Below, piece by piece: positions 20,338 to 35,300 of a DNA stretch of 64,000 bases. This DNA is from Neoechinorhynchus agilis (Eukaryota > Animalia > Acanthocephala). Below the pieces are notes generated by a model. The model did not search any database and had not been told where the DNA came from. It saw only the letters and a program-made list of their open reading frames with translations. Within the stretch, counting starts at the first letter, position 1. Every line of letters begins with the position of its first letter. The stretch is from the NCBI GenBank assembly GCA_051530055.1, contig CM121341.1:6054784-6118783 (forward strand). Reading direction: 5' to 3'. Made by a program: the position numbers and the translations under genes.

Positions 20338-23300
20338 TTTTGTGACCGAGTCGCTAGTGGACATGTTCTATATTCTACACAAAACCGAACACACCCACCT
20401 ACACATTTACACGCATGCGGTTACTACTGTTTATATCCCGATCGATGGCATGACGACATCATGCCCACTATAACAATTTTAAGAATTTCTTTGAAGAAAA
20501 TATAAAACGTCAGTACGCAATCGATCACTCGCTAAAAGAAGTTCATTTCGGGTAAAGCATTACAATGTACAGGTTTCGCATATGGATTTGTCCTGCTCTC
20601 TATCGCGTCGTCAAGTTCATTTTTGTGACCGAGTCGCTAGTGTACATGTTCTATATTCTACACAATACCGAACACACCCACCTACACATTTACACGCATG
20701 CGGTTACTACTGTTTATATCCCGGTCGATGACATGACGACATCATGCCCACTAAAACAGTTTTAAAAATTTCTTTGAAGAAAATATAAAACGTAAGTACG
20801 CAATCGATCACTCGCTAAAAGAAGTTCATTTCGGGAAAAGCATTACAATGTACAGGTTTCGCATATGGATACTTCCTGCTCTCTAGCGCGTCGTCAAGTT
20901 CATTTTTGTGACCGAGTCGCTAATGGACATGTTCTATATTCTACACAAAACCGGACACACCCACCTACACATTTACACGCATGCGGTTACTACTGTTTAT
21001 ATCCCGATCGATTGCATGACGACATCATGCCCACTATAACAATTTTAAGAATTTCTTTGAAGAAAATAAAAAACGTCAGTACGCAATCGATCACTCGCAG
21101 AAAGAAGCTCATTTCTGGTAAAGCATTACAATGTACAGGTTTCGCATATGGATTCTTCCTGCTCTCTAGCGCGTCGTCAAGTTCATTTTTGGGAACCGAG
21201 TCGCTAGTGGACATGTTCTATATTCTACACAAAACCGAACACACCCACCTACACATTTACACGCATGCGGTTACTACTGTTTATATCCCGGTCGACGACT
21301 TGACGACATCATGCCAACTAAAACAATTTTAAGAATTTCTTTGAAGAAAATATAGAACGTCAGTACGCAATCGATCACTCGCTGAAAGAAGTTCATTTCG
21401 GGTAAAGCATTACAATGTACAGGTTTCGCATATGGATTCTTCCTGCTCTTTAGCGCATCGTCAAGTTCATTTTTGTGACCGAGCCGCTAGTAGACATGTT
21501 CTAAATTCTAAACACAAAACCGAACACACCCACCTACACATTTACACGCATGCGGTTACTACTGTTTATATCCCGTTCGATGGCATGACGACATCATGCC
21601 CACTATAACAATTTTAAGAATTTCTTTGAAGAAAATATAAAACGTCAGTACGAAATCGATCACTCGCTGAAAGAAGTTCATTTCGGGTAAAGCATTACAA
21701 TGTACAGGTTCCGCATATGGATTCTTCCTGCTCTCTAGCGCGTCGTCAAGTTCATTTTTGTGACCGATCCGCTAGTAAACATGTTCTATATTCTACACAA
21801 AACCGAACACACCCACCTACACATTTACACGCATGCGGTTACTACTGTTTATATCCCGATCGAAGGCATGACGACATCATGCACACTATAACAATTTTAA
21901 GAATTTCTTTGAATAAAATATAAAACGTCACTACGCAATCGATCACTCGCGGAAAGAAGTTCATTTCGGGTAAAGCATTACAATGTACAGGTTTCGCATA
22001 TGGATTCTTCCTTCTCTCTAGCGCGTCGTCAAGTTCATTTTTGTGACCGAGCCGCTAGTAGATATGTTCTATATTCTACAAAAAACCGAACACACCCACC
22101 TACACATTTTCGCGCATGCGGTTACTACTGTTTATATCCCGATCGATGGCATGACGACATCATGCCCACTATAACAATTTTAAGAATTTCTTTGAAGAAA
22201 ATATAAAACGTCAGTACGCAATCCACAACTCGCTAAAAGAAGTTCATTTCGGGTAAAGCATTACAATGTACAGGTTTCGCATATGGATACTTCCTGCTCT
22301 CTAGCGCGTCGTCAAGTTCATTTTTGTGACCGAGTCGCTAGTGGACATGTTCTATATTCTACAGAAAACCGAACACACCCACCTACACATTTACACGCAT
22401 GCGGTTACTACTGTTTATATCCCGATCGATGGCATGACGACATCATGCACACTACAACAATTTTAAGAATTTCTATGAATAAAATATAAAACGTCACTAC
22501 GCAATCCACAACTCGCTAAAAGAAGTTCATTTCGGGTAAAGCATTACAATGTACAGGTTTCGCATATGGATACTTCCTGCTCTCTAGCGCGTCGTCAAGT
22601 TCATTTTTGTGACCGAGTCGCTAGTGGACATGTTCTATATTCTACAGAAAACCGAACACACCCACCTACACATTTACACGCATGCGGTTACTACTGTTTA
22701 TATCCCGATCGATGGCATGACGACATCATGCCCACTATAACAATTTTAAGAATTTCTTTGAAGAAAATATAAAACGTCAGTACGCAATCGATAACTCGCT
22801 AAAAGAAGTTCATTTCGGGTAAAGCATTACAATGTACAGGTTCCGCATATGGATTCTTCCTGCTCTCTAGCGCGTCGTCAAGTTCATTTTTGTGACCGAT
22901 CCGCTAGTAGACATGTTCTATATTCTACACAAAACCGAACACACCCACCTACACATTTACACGCATGCGGTTACTACTGTTTATATCCCGATCGATGGCA
23001 TGACGACATCATGCCCACTATAACAATTTTAAGAATTTCTTTGAAGAAAATATAAAACGTCAGTACGCAATCGATCACTCGCTAAAAGAAGTTCATTTCG
23101 GGTAAAGCATTACAATGTACAGGTTTCGCATATGGATTCTTCCTGCTCTCTAGCGCATCGTCAAGTTCATTTTTGTGACCGAGCCGCTAGTAGACATGTT
23201 CTATATTCTACACAAAACCGAACACACCCACCTACACATTTACACGCATGCGGTTACTACTGTTTATATCCCGATCGATGGCATGACGACATCATGCCCA

Positions 23301-26300
23301 CTATAACAATTTTAAGAATTTCTTTGAAGAAAATATAAAACGTCAGTACGCAATCGATCACTCGCTGAAAGAAGTTCATTTCGGGTAAAGCATTACAATG
23401 TACAGGTTTCGCATATGGATTCTTCCTGCTCTCTAGCGCGTCGTCAAGTTCATTTTTGTGACCGAGCCGCTAGTAGACATGTTCTATATTCTACACAAAA
23501 CCGAACACACCCACCTACACATTTACACGCATGCGGTTACTACTGTTTATATCCCGATCGATGGCATGACGACATCATGCCCACTATAACAATTTTAAGA
23601 ATTTCTTTGAAGAAAATATAAAACGTCAGTACGAATCGATACTCGCTAAATTCATTTCGGGTAAGCATTACAATGTCAGGTTCGCATTGGTTTTACCGAG
23701 CCGCTAGTAGACATGTTCTATATTCTACACAAAACCGAACACACCCACCTACACATTTACACGCATGCGGTTACTACTGTTTATATCCCGATCGATGGCA
23801 TGACGACATCATGCCCACTATAACAATTTTAAGAATTTCTTTGAAGAAAATATAAAACGTCAGTACGAAATCGATCACTCGCTGAAAGAAGTTCATTTCG
23901 GGTAAAGCATTACAATGTACAGGTTTCGCATATGGATTCTTCCTGCTCTCTAGCGCATCGTCAAGTTCATTTTTGTGACCGAGCCGCTAGTAGACATGTT
24001 CTATATTCTACACAAAACCGAACACACCCACCTACACATTTACACGCATGCGGTTACTACTGTTTATATCCCGATCGATGGCATGACGACATCATGCCCA
24101 CTATAACAATTTTAAGAATTTCTTTGAAGAAAATATAAAACGTCAGTACGAAATCGATCACTCGCTGAAAGAAGTTCATTTCGGGTAAAGCATTACAATG
24201 TACAGGTTCCGCATATGGATTCTTCCTGCTCTCTAGCGCGTCGTCAAGTTCATTTTTGTGACCGATCCGCTAGTAGACATGTTCTATATTCTACACAAAA
24301 CCGAACACTCCCACCTACACATTTACACGCATGCGGTTACTACTGTTTATATCCCGATCGAAGGCATGACGACATCATGCACACTACAACAATTTTAAGA
24401 ATTTCTATGAATAAAATATAAAACGTCACTACGCAATCGATCACTCGCTGAAAGAAGTTCATTTCGGGTAAAGCATTACAATGTACAGGTTCCGCATATG
24501 GATTCTTCATGCTCTCTAGCGCGTCGTCAAGTCCATTTTTGTGACCGAGCCGCTAGTAGACATGTTCTATATTCTACACAAAACCGAACACACCCAACTA
24601 CACATTTACACGCATGCGGTTTCTACTGTTTATATCCCGATCGATTGCATGACGACATCATGCCCACTATAACAATTTTAAGAATTTCTTTGAAGAAAAT
24701 AAAAAACGTCAGTACGCAATCGATCACTCGCTAAAAGAAGTTCATTTCGGGTAAAGCATTACAATGTACAGGTTTCGCATATGGATTTGTCCTGCTCTCT
24801 ATCGCGTCGTCAAGTTCATTTTTGTGACCGAGTCGCTAGTGGACATGTTCTGTATTCTACACAATACCGAACACACCCACCTACACATTTACACGCATGC
24901 GGTTACTACTGTTTATATCCCGGTCGATGACATGACGACATCATGCCAACTAAAACAATTTTAAAAATTTCTTTGAAGAAAATATAAAACGTAAGTACGC
25001 AATCGATCACTCGCTAAAAGAAGTTCATTTCGGGTAAAGCATTACAATGTACAGGTTCCGCATATGGATTCTTCCTGCTCTCTAGCGCGTCGTCAAGTTC
25101 ATTTTTGTGACCGAGTCGCTAATGGACATGTTCTATATTCTACACAAAACCGAAGACACCCACCTACACATTTACACGCATGCGGTTACTACTGTTTATA
25201 TCCCGATAGATGGCATTACGACATCATGCCCACTATAACATTTTTAAGAATTTCTTTAAAGAAAATATAAAACGTCAGTACGCAATCGATCACTCGCTGA
25301 AAGATGTTCATTTCGGGTAAAGCATTACAATGTACAGGTTTCGCATATGGATTCTTCCTGCTCTCTAGCGCGTCGTCAGGTTCATTTCTGTGACCGAGCC
25401 GCTAGAAGACATTTTCTATACTCTACACAAAAGCGAACACACCAACCTACACATTTACACGCATGCGGTTACTACTGTTTATATCCCGATCGCTGGCATG
25501 ACGACATCATGCCCACTATAACAATTTTAAGAATTTCTTTGAATAAAATATAAAACGTCACTACGCAATCGATAACTCGCTGAAAGAAGTTCATTTCGGG
25601 TAAAGCATTACAATGTACAGGTTTCGCATATGGATTCTTCCTTCTCTCTAGCGCGTCGTCAAGTTCATTTTTGTGACCGAGTCGCTAGTGGACATGTTCT
25701 ATATTCTACACAAAACCGAACACACCCACCTACACATTTACACGCATGCGGTTACTACTGTTTATATCCCGATCGATGGCATGACGACATCATGCCCACT
25801 ATAACAATTTTAAGAATTTCTTTGAAGAAAATATAAAACGTCAGTACGCAATCGATCACTCGCTAAAAGAAGTTCATTTCGGGTAAAGCATTACAATGTA
25901 CAGGTTTCGCATATGGATTTGTCCTGCTCTCTATCGCGTCGTCAAGTTCATTTTTGTGACCGAGTCGCTAGTGGACATGTTCTATATTCTACACAATACC
26001 GAACACACCCACCTACACATTTACACGCATGCGGTTACTACTGTTTATATCCCGGTCGATGACATGACGACATCATGCCCACTAAAACAGTTATAAAAAT
26101 TTCTTTGAAGAAAATATAAAACATAAGTACGCAATCGATCACTCGCTAAAAGAAGTTCATTTCGGGAAAAGTATTACAATGTACAGGTTTCGCATATGGA
26201 TACTTCCTGCTCTCTAGCGCGTCGTCAAGTTCATTTTTGTGACCGAGTCGCTAATGGACATGTTCTATATTCTACACAAAACCGGACACACCCACCTACA

Positions 26301-29300
26301 CATTTACACGCATGCGGTTACTACTGTTTATATCCCGATCGATTGCATGACGACATCATGCCCACTATAACAATTTTAAGAATTTCTTTGAAGAAAATAA
26401 AAAACGTCAGTACGCAATCGATCACTCGCAGAAAGAAGCTCATTTCTGGTAAAGCATTACAATGTACAGGTTTCGCATATGGATTCTTCCTGCTCTCTAA
26501 CGCGTCGTCAAGTTCATTTTTGTGACCGAGTCGATAGTATACATGTTCTATATTCTACACAAAACCGAACATACCCACCTACACATTTACACGCATGCGG
26601 TTACTACTGTTTATATCCCGATCGATGGCATGACGCCATCATGCCCACTATAACAATTTTAAGAATTTCTTGGAAGGAAATATATAACGTCAGAACGAAA
26701 TCGATCACTCGCTGAAAGAAGTTCATTTCGAGTAAAGCATTACAATGTACAGCTTTCGCATATGGATTCTTCCTGCTCTCTAACGCGTCGTCAAGTTAAT
26801 TTTTGTGACCGAGTCGCTAATGGACATGTTCTATATTCTACACAAAACCGGACACACCCACCTACACATTTACACGCATGCGGTTACTACTGTTTATATC
26901 CCGGTCGATGACATGACGACATCATGCCCACTAAAACAATTTTAAGAATTTCTTTGAAGAAAATATAAAACGTCAGTACGCAATCCACCACTCGCTAAAA
27001 GAAGTTCATTTCGGGTAAAGCATTACAATGTAATGGTTTCGCATATGGATACTTCCTGCTCTCTAGCGCGTCGTCAAGTTCATTTTTGTGACCGAGTCGC
27101 TAGTGGACATGTTCTATATTCTACACAAAACCGAACACACCCACCTACACATTTACACGCATGCGGCTACTACTGTTTATATCCCGATCGATGGCATCAC
27201 GACATCATGCCCACTATAACAATTTTAAGAATTTCTTTTAAGAAAATATAAAACGTCAGTACGCAATCGATCGCCCGCTGAAAGAAGTTCACTTCGGGTA
27301 CAGCATTACAATGTACAGGTTTCGCATATGGATTCTTCCTGCTCTCTAGCACGTCGTCAAGTTCCTTTTTGTTACCGAGTCGCTAGTGGACATGTTCTAT
27401 ATTCTACACAAAACCGAACACAACCACCTACGCATTTACACGCATGCGGTAACTACTGTTTATATCTTGATCGATGGCATGACGACATCATGCCCACTAT
27501 AACAATTTTATGAATTTCTTTGAAGAAAATATAAAACGTCGGTACGCAATCGATCACTCGCTGAAAGAAGTTAATTTCGGGTAAAGCATTACAATGTACA
27601 GGTTTCGCATATGGATTCTTCCTGCTCTCTAGCGCGTCGTCAAGTAAATTTTTGTGATCGAGCCGCTAGTAGACATGTTCTATACTCTACACAAAACCGA
27701 AATCACCCACCTACACATTTACACGCATACGGTTACTACTGTTTATATCCCGATCGATGGCATGACGACATCATGCCCACTATAACAATTTTAAGAATTT
27801 CTTTGAAGAAAATATAAAACGTCAGCACGCAATCGATCACTCGCTGAAAGAAGTTCATTTCGAGTAAAGAATTACAATGTACAGGTTTCGCATATGGATT
27901 CTTCCTGCTCTCTAACGCGTCGACAAGTTCATTTTTGTGACCGAGTCGATAGTATACATGTTCTATATTCTACACAAAACCGAACATACCCACCTACACA
28001 TTTACACGCATGCGGTTACTACTGTTTATATCCCGATCGATGGCATGACGCCATCATGCCCACTATAACAATTTTAAGAATTTCTTTAAAGGAAATATAA
28101 AACGTCAGAACGCAATCGATCACTCGCTGAAAGAAGTTCATTTCGAGTAAAGCATTACAATGTACAGCTTTCGCATATGGATTCTTCCTGCTCTCTAACG
28201 CGTCGTCAAGTTAATTTTTGTGACCGAGTCGCTAGTGGACATGTTCTATATTCTACACAAAACCGAAGACACCCACCTACACATTTACACGCATGAGGTT
28301 ACTACTATTTATATCCCGATAGATGGCATGACGACATATGCCCACTATAACATTTTTAAGAATTTTTTTAAAGAAAATATAAAACGTCAGTACGCAATCG
28401 ATCACTCGCTGAAAGAAGTTCATTTCGGGTAAAGCATTACAATGTACAGCTTTCGCATATGGATTCTTCCTGCTCTCTAGCGCGTCGTCAGGTTCATTTT
28501 TGTGACCGAGCCGCTAGTAGACATGTTCTATATTCTACACAAAACCGAACATACCCACCTACACATTTACACGCATGCGGTTACTAATGTTTATATCCCG
28601 ATAGATGGCATGACGACATCATGCCCACTATAACAATTTTATGAATTTCTTTGAAGATAATATAAAACGTCGGTACGCAATCGATCACTCGTTGAAAGAA
28701 GTTCATTTCGGGAAAAGCATTACAATGTATGGGTTTCGCATATGGATTCTTCCAGCTCTCTAGCGCGTCGTCAAGTTCATTTTTGTGACCGAGTCGCTAG
28801 TGGACATGTTCTATATTCTACACAAAAACGAACATACCCACCTACACATTTACACGCATGCGGTTACTACTGTTTATATCCCGATCGATGGCATGACGCA
28901 ATCATGCCCACTATAACAATTTTAAGAATTTCTTTGAAGGAAATATAAAACGTCAGAACGCAATCGATCACTCGCTGAAAGAAGTTCATTTCGAGTAAAG
29001 CATTACAATGCACAGCTTTCGCATATGGATTCTTCCAGCTCTCTAACGCGTCGTCAAGTTAATTTTTGTGACCGAGTCGCTAGTGGACATGTTCTATATT
29101 CTACACAAAACCTAACACACCCACCTACACATTTACACGCATGCGGTTACTACTGTTTATATCCCGATAGATGGCATGACGACATCATGCCCACTATTAC
29201 ATTTTTAAGAATTTATTTAAAGAAATTATAAAACGTCAGTACGCAATCGATCACTCGCTGAAAGAAGTTCATTTCGGGTAAAGCATTACAATGTACAGCT

Positions 29301-32300
29301 TTCGCATATGGATTGTTCCTGCTCTCTAGCGCGTCGTCAGGTTCATTTTTGTGTCCGAGCCGCTAGAAGACATTTTCTATACTCTACACAAAAGCGAACA
29401 CACCAAACTACACATTTACACGCATGCGGTTACTACTGTTTATATCCCGATCGCTGGCATGACGACATCATGCCCACTATAACAATTTTAAGAATTTCTT
29501 TTAAGAAAATATAAAACGTCAGTACGCAATCGATCGCCCGCTGAAAGAAGTTCACTTCGGGTAAAGCATTACAATGTACAGGTTTCGCATATGGATTCTT
29601 CCTGCTCTCTAGAACGTCGTCAAGTTCCTTTTTGTTACCGAGTCGCTAGTGGACATGTTCTATATTCTACACAAAACCGAAAACAACCACCTACGCATTT
29701 ACACGCATGCGGTAACTACTGTTTATATCTTGATCGATGGCATGAAGACATCATGCCCACTATAACAATTTTTGAGAATTTCTTTGAAGAAAATATAAAA
29801 CGTCAGTACGCAATCGATCACTCGCTGAAAGAAGTTCATTTCGGGTAAAGCATTACAACGTACAGGTTTCGCATATGGATTCTTCCTGCTCTCTAGCGCG
29901 TCGTCAAGTTAATTTTTGTGATCGAGCCGCTAGTAGACATGTTCTATACTCTACACAAAACCGAACACACCCACCTACACATTTAAACGCATGCGGTTAC
30001 TACTGTTTATATCCCGATCAATGGCATGACGACATCATGCCCACTATAACAATTTTAAGAATTTCTTTGAAGAAAATATAAAACGTCGGTACGCAATCGA
30101 TCACTCGCTGAAAGAAGTTAATTTCGGGTAAAGCATTACAATGTACAGGTTTCGCATATGGATTCTTCCTGCTCTCTAGCGCGTCGTCAAGTAAATTTTT
30201 GTGATCGAGCCGCTAGTAGACATGTTCTATACTCTACACAAAACCGAACACACCCACCTACACATTTAAACGCATGCGGTTACTACTGTTTATATCCCGA
30301 TCAATGGCATGACGACATCATGCCCACTATAACAATTTTAAGAATTTCTTTGAAGAAAATATAAAACGTCGGTACGCAATCGATCACTCGCTGAAAGAAG
30401 TTAATTTCGGGTAAAGCATTACAATGTACAGGTTTCGCATATGGATTCTTCCTGCTCTCTAGCGCGTCGTCAAGTAAATTTTTGTGATCGAGCCGCTAGT
30501 AGACATGTTCTATACTCTACACAAAACCGAACAAACCCACCTACACATTTACACGCATACGGTTACTACTGTTTATATCCCGATCGATGGCATGACGACA
30601 TCATGCCCACCATAACAATTTTAAGAATTTCTTTGAAGAAAATATAAAACGTCGGTACGCAATCGATCACTCGCTGAAAGAAGTTAATTTCGGGTAAAGC
30701 ATTACAATGTACAGGTTTCGCATATGGATTCTTTCTGCTCTCTAGCGCGTCGTCAAGTAAATTTTTGTGATCGAGCCGCTAGTAGACATGTTCTATACTC
30801 TACACAAAACCGAACACACCCACCTACACATTTAAACGCATGCGGTTACTACTGTTTATATCCCGATCAATGGCATGACGACATCATGCCCACTATAACA
30901 ATTTTAAGAATTTCTTTAAAGAAATTATAAAACGTCAGTACGCAATCGATCACTCGCTGAAAGAAGTTCATTTCGGGTAAAGCATTACAATGTACAGCTT
31001 TCGCATATGGATTCTTCCTGCTCTCTAGCGCGCCGTCAGGTTCATTTTTGTGACCGAGCCGCTAGAAGACATTTTCTATACTCTACACAAAAGCGAACAC
31101 ACCAACCTACACATTTACACGCATGCGGTTACTACTGTTTATATCCCGATCGCTGGCATGACGACATCATGCCCACTATAACAATTTTAAGAATTTCTTT
31201 TAAGAAAATATAAAACGTCAGTACGCAATCGATCGCCCGCTGAAAGAAGTTCACTTCGGGTAAAGCATTACAATGTACAGGTTTCGCATATGGATTCTTC
31301 CTGCTCTCTAGGGCGTCGTCAAGTTCCTTTTTGTTACCGAGTCGCTAGTGGACATGTTCTATATTCTACACAAAACCGAACACAACCACCTACGCATTTA
31401 CACGCATGCGGTAACTACTGTTTATATCTTGATCGATGGCATGACGACATCATGCCCACTATAACAATTTTTGAGAATTTCTTTGAAGAAAATATAAAAC
31501 GTCAGTACGCAATCGATCACTCGCTGAAAGAAGTTCATTTCGGGTAAAGCATTACAACGTACAGGTTTCGCATATGGATTCTTCCTGCTCTCTAGCGCGT
31601 CGTCAAGTTAATTTTTGTGATCGAGCCGCTAGTAGACATGTTCTATACTCTACACAAAACCGAACACACCCACCTACACATTTAAACGCATGCGGTTACT
31701 ACTGTTTATATCTCGATCAATGGCATGACGACATCATGCCCACTATAACAATTTTAAGAATTTCTTTGAAGAAAGTATAAAACGTCAGCACGCAATCGAT
31801 CACTCGCTGAAAGAAGTTCATTTCGAGTAAAGAATTACAATGTACAGGTTTCGCATATGGATTCTTCCTGCTCTCTAACGCGTCGTCAAGTTCATTTTTG
31901 TGACCGAGTCGATAGTATACATGTTCTATATTCTACACAAAACTGAACATACCCACCTACACATTTACACGCATGCGGTTACTACTGTTTATATCCCGAT
32001 CGATGGCATGACGCCATCATGCCCACTATAACAATTTTAAGAATTTCTTTGAAGGAAATATAAAACGTCAGAACGCAATCGATCACTCGCTGAAAGAAGT
32101 TCATTTCGAGTAAAGCATTACAATGTACAGCTTTCGCATATGGATTCTTCCTGCTCTCTAACGCGTCGTCAAGTTAATTTTTGTGACCGAGTCGCTAGTG
32201 GACATGTTCTATATTCTACACAAAACCGAAGACACCCACCTACACATTTACACGCATGCGGTTACTACTGTTTATATCCCGATAGATGGCATGACGACAT

Positions 32301-35300
32301 CATGCCCACTATAACATTTTTAAGAATTTCTTTAAAGAAAATATAAAACGTCAGTACGCAATCGATCACTCGCTGAAAGAAGTTCATTTCGGGTAAAGCA
32401 TTACAATGTACAGGTTTCGCATATGGATTCTTCCTGCTCTCTAGCGCGTCGTCAGGTTCATTTTTGTGACCGAGCCGCTAGTAGACATTTTCTATACTCT
32501 ACACAAAAGCGAACACACCCACCTACACATTTACACGCATACGGTTACTACTGTTTATATCCCGATCGATGGCATGACGACATCATGCCCACTATAACAA
32601 TTTTAAGAATTTCTTTGAAGAAAATATAAAACGTCAGTACGCAATCGATCACTCGCTGAAATAAGCTCATTTCGAGTAAAGCATTACAATGTACAGGTTT
32701 CGCATATCGATTCTTCCTGCTCTCTAGCGCGTCGTCAAGTTCATTTTTGTGACCGAGTCGCTAGTAGACATGTTCTATATTCTACACAAAACCGAACATA
32801 CCCACCTACACATTTACACGCATGCGGTTACTAATGTTTATATCCCGATCAATGGCATGACGACATCATGCCCACTATAACAATTTTAAGAATTTCTTTG
32901 AAGGAAATATTAAACGTCAGTATGCAATCGATCACTCGTTGAAAGAAGTTCATTTCGGGAAAAGCATTACAATGTACGGGTTTCGCATATGGATTCTTCC
33001 AGCTCTCTAGCGCGTCGTCAAGTTCATTTTTGTGACCGAGTCGCTAGTGGACATGTTCTATATTCTACACAAAACCGAACATACCCACCTACACATTTAC
33101 ACGCATGCGGTTACTACTGTTTATATCCCGATCGATGGCATTACGCAATCATGCCCACTATAACAATTTTAAGAATTTCTTTGAAGGAAATATAAAACGT
33201 CAGAACGCAATCGATCACTCGCTGAAAGAAGTTCATTTCGAGTAAAGCATTACAATGTACAGCTTTCGCATATGGATTCTTCCTGCTCTCTAACGCGTCG
33301 TCAAGTTAATTTTTGTGACCGAGTCGCTAGTGGACATGTTCTATATTCTACACAAAACCTAACACACCCACCTACACATTTACACGCATGCGGTTACTAC
33401 TGTTTATATCCCGATAGATGGCATGACGACATCATGCCCACTATAACATTTTTAAGAATTTCTTTAAAGAAAATATAAAACGTCAGTACGCAATCGATCA
33501 CTCGCTGAAAGAAGTTCATTTCGGGTAAAGCATTACAATGTACAGCTTTCGCATATGGATTCTTCCTGCTCTCTAGCGCGTCGTCAGGTTCATTTTTGTG
33601 ACCGAGCCGCTAGAAGACATTTTCTATACTCTACACAAAAGCGAACACACCAACCTACACATTTACACGCATGCGGTTACTACTGTTTATATCCCGATCG
33701 CTGGCATGACGACATCATGCCCACTATAACAATTTTAAGAATTTCTTTTAAGAAAATATAAAACATCAGTACGCAATCGATCGCCCGCTGAAAGAAGTTC
33801 ACTTCGGGTAAAGCATTACAATGTACAGGTTTCGCATATGGATTCTTCCTGCTCTCTAGGGCGTCGTCAAGTTCCTTTTTGTTACCGAGTCGCTAGTGGA
33901 CATGTTCTATATTCTACACAAAACCGAACACAACCACCTACGCATTTGCACGCATGCGGTAACTACTGTTTATATCTTGATCGATGGCATGACGACATCA
34001 TGCCCACTATAACAATTTTTGAGAATTTCTTTGAAGAAAATATAAAACGTCAGTACGCAATCGATCACTCGCTGAAAGAAGTTCATTTCGGGTAAAGCAT
34101 TACAACGTACAGGTTTCGCATATGGATTCTTCCTGCTCTCTAGCGCGTCGTCAAGTTAATTTTTGTGATCGAGCCGCTAGTAGACATGTTCTATACTCTA
34201 CACAAAACCGAACACACCCACCTACACATTTAAACGCATGCGGTTACTACTGTTTATATCTCGATCAATGGCATGACGACATCATGCCCACTATAACAAT
34301 TTTAAGAATTTCTTTGAAGAAAGTATAAAACGTCAGCACGTAATCGATCACTCGCTGAAAGAAGTTCATTTCGAGTAAAGAATTACAATGTACAGGTTTC
34401 GCATATGGATTCTTCCTGCTCTCTAACGCGTCGTCAAGTTCATTTTTGTGACCGAGTCGATAGTATACATGTTCTATATTCTACACAAAACCGAACATAC
34501 CCACCTACACATTTACACGCATGCGGTTACTACTGTTTATATCCCGATCGATGGCATGACGCCATCATGCCCACTATAACAATTTTAAGAATTTCTTGGA
34601 AGGAAATATAAAACGTCAGAACGAAATCGATCACTCGCTGAAAGAAGTTCATTTCGAGTAAAGCATTACAATGTACAGCTTTCGCATATGGATTCTTCCT
34701 GCTCTCTAACGCGTCGTCAAGTTAATTTTTGTGACCGAGTCGCTAGTGGACATGTTCTATATTCTACACAAAACCGAAGACACCCACCTACACATTTACA
34801 CGCATGCGGTTACTACTGTTTATATCCCGATAGATGGCATGACGACATCATGCCCACTATAACATTTTTAAGAATTTCTTTAAAGAAAATATAAAACGTC
34901 AGTACGCAATCGATCACTCGCTGAAAGAAGTTCATTTCGGGTAAAGCATTACAATGTACAGGTTTCGCATATGGATTCTTCCTGCTCTCTAGCGCGTCGT
35001 CAGGTTCATTTTTGTGACCGAGCCGCTAGAAGACATTTTCTATACTCTACACAAAAGCGAACACACCAACCTACACATTTACACGCATGCGGTTACTACT
35101 GTTTATATCCCGATCGCTGGCATGACGACATCATGCCCACTATAACAATTTTAAGAATTTCTTTTAAGAAAATATAAAACGTCAGTACGCAATCGATCGC
35201 CCGCTGAAAGAAGTTCACTTCGGGTACAGCATTACAATGTACAGGTTTCGCATATGGATTCTTCCTGCTCTCTAGCACGTCGTCAAGTTCCTTTTTGTTA

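Noticed and set aside
4949-20364. Very long minus-strand ORFs (up to 1153 aa of F/L/S) and plus-strand K/R/E-rich ORFs
   Set aside because: A pyrimidine-only strand can hardly form stop codons, so all three frames stay open. The ORFs overlap in every frame and have no domain. They are compositional artefacts.
22000-22282. 283-bp monomer as a cryptic dimer of ~141-bp subunits, or carrying a CENP-B box or piRNA Ruby motif
   Set aside because: The halves show no alignable similarity by eye (only AAGTTCATTT and ATCGAT repeat, at other spacings). There is no TTCG-N4-A-N2-CGGG match, and CTGTTTAT differs from the Ruby core CTGTTTCA.
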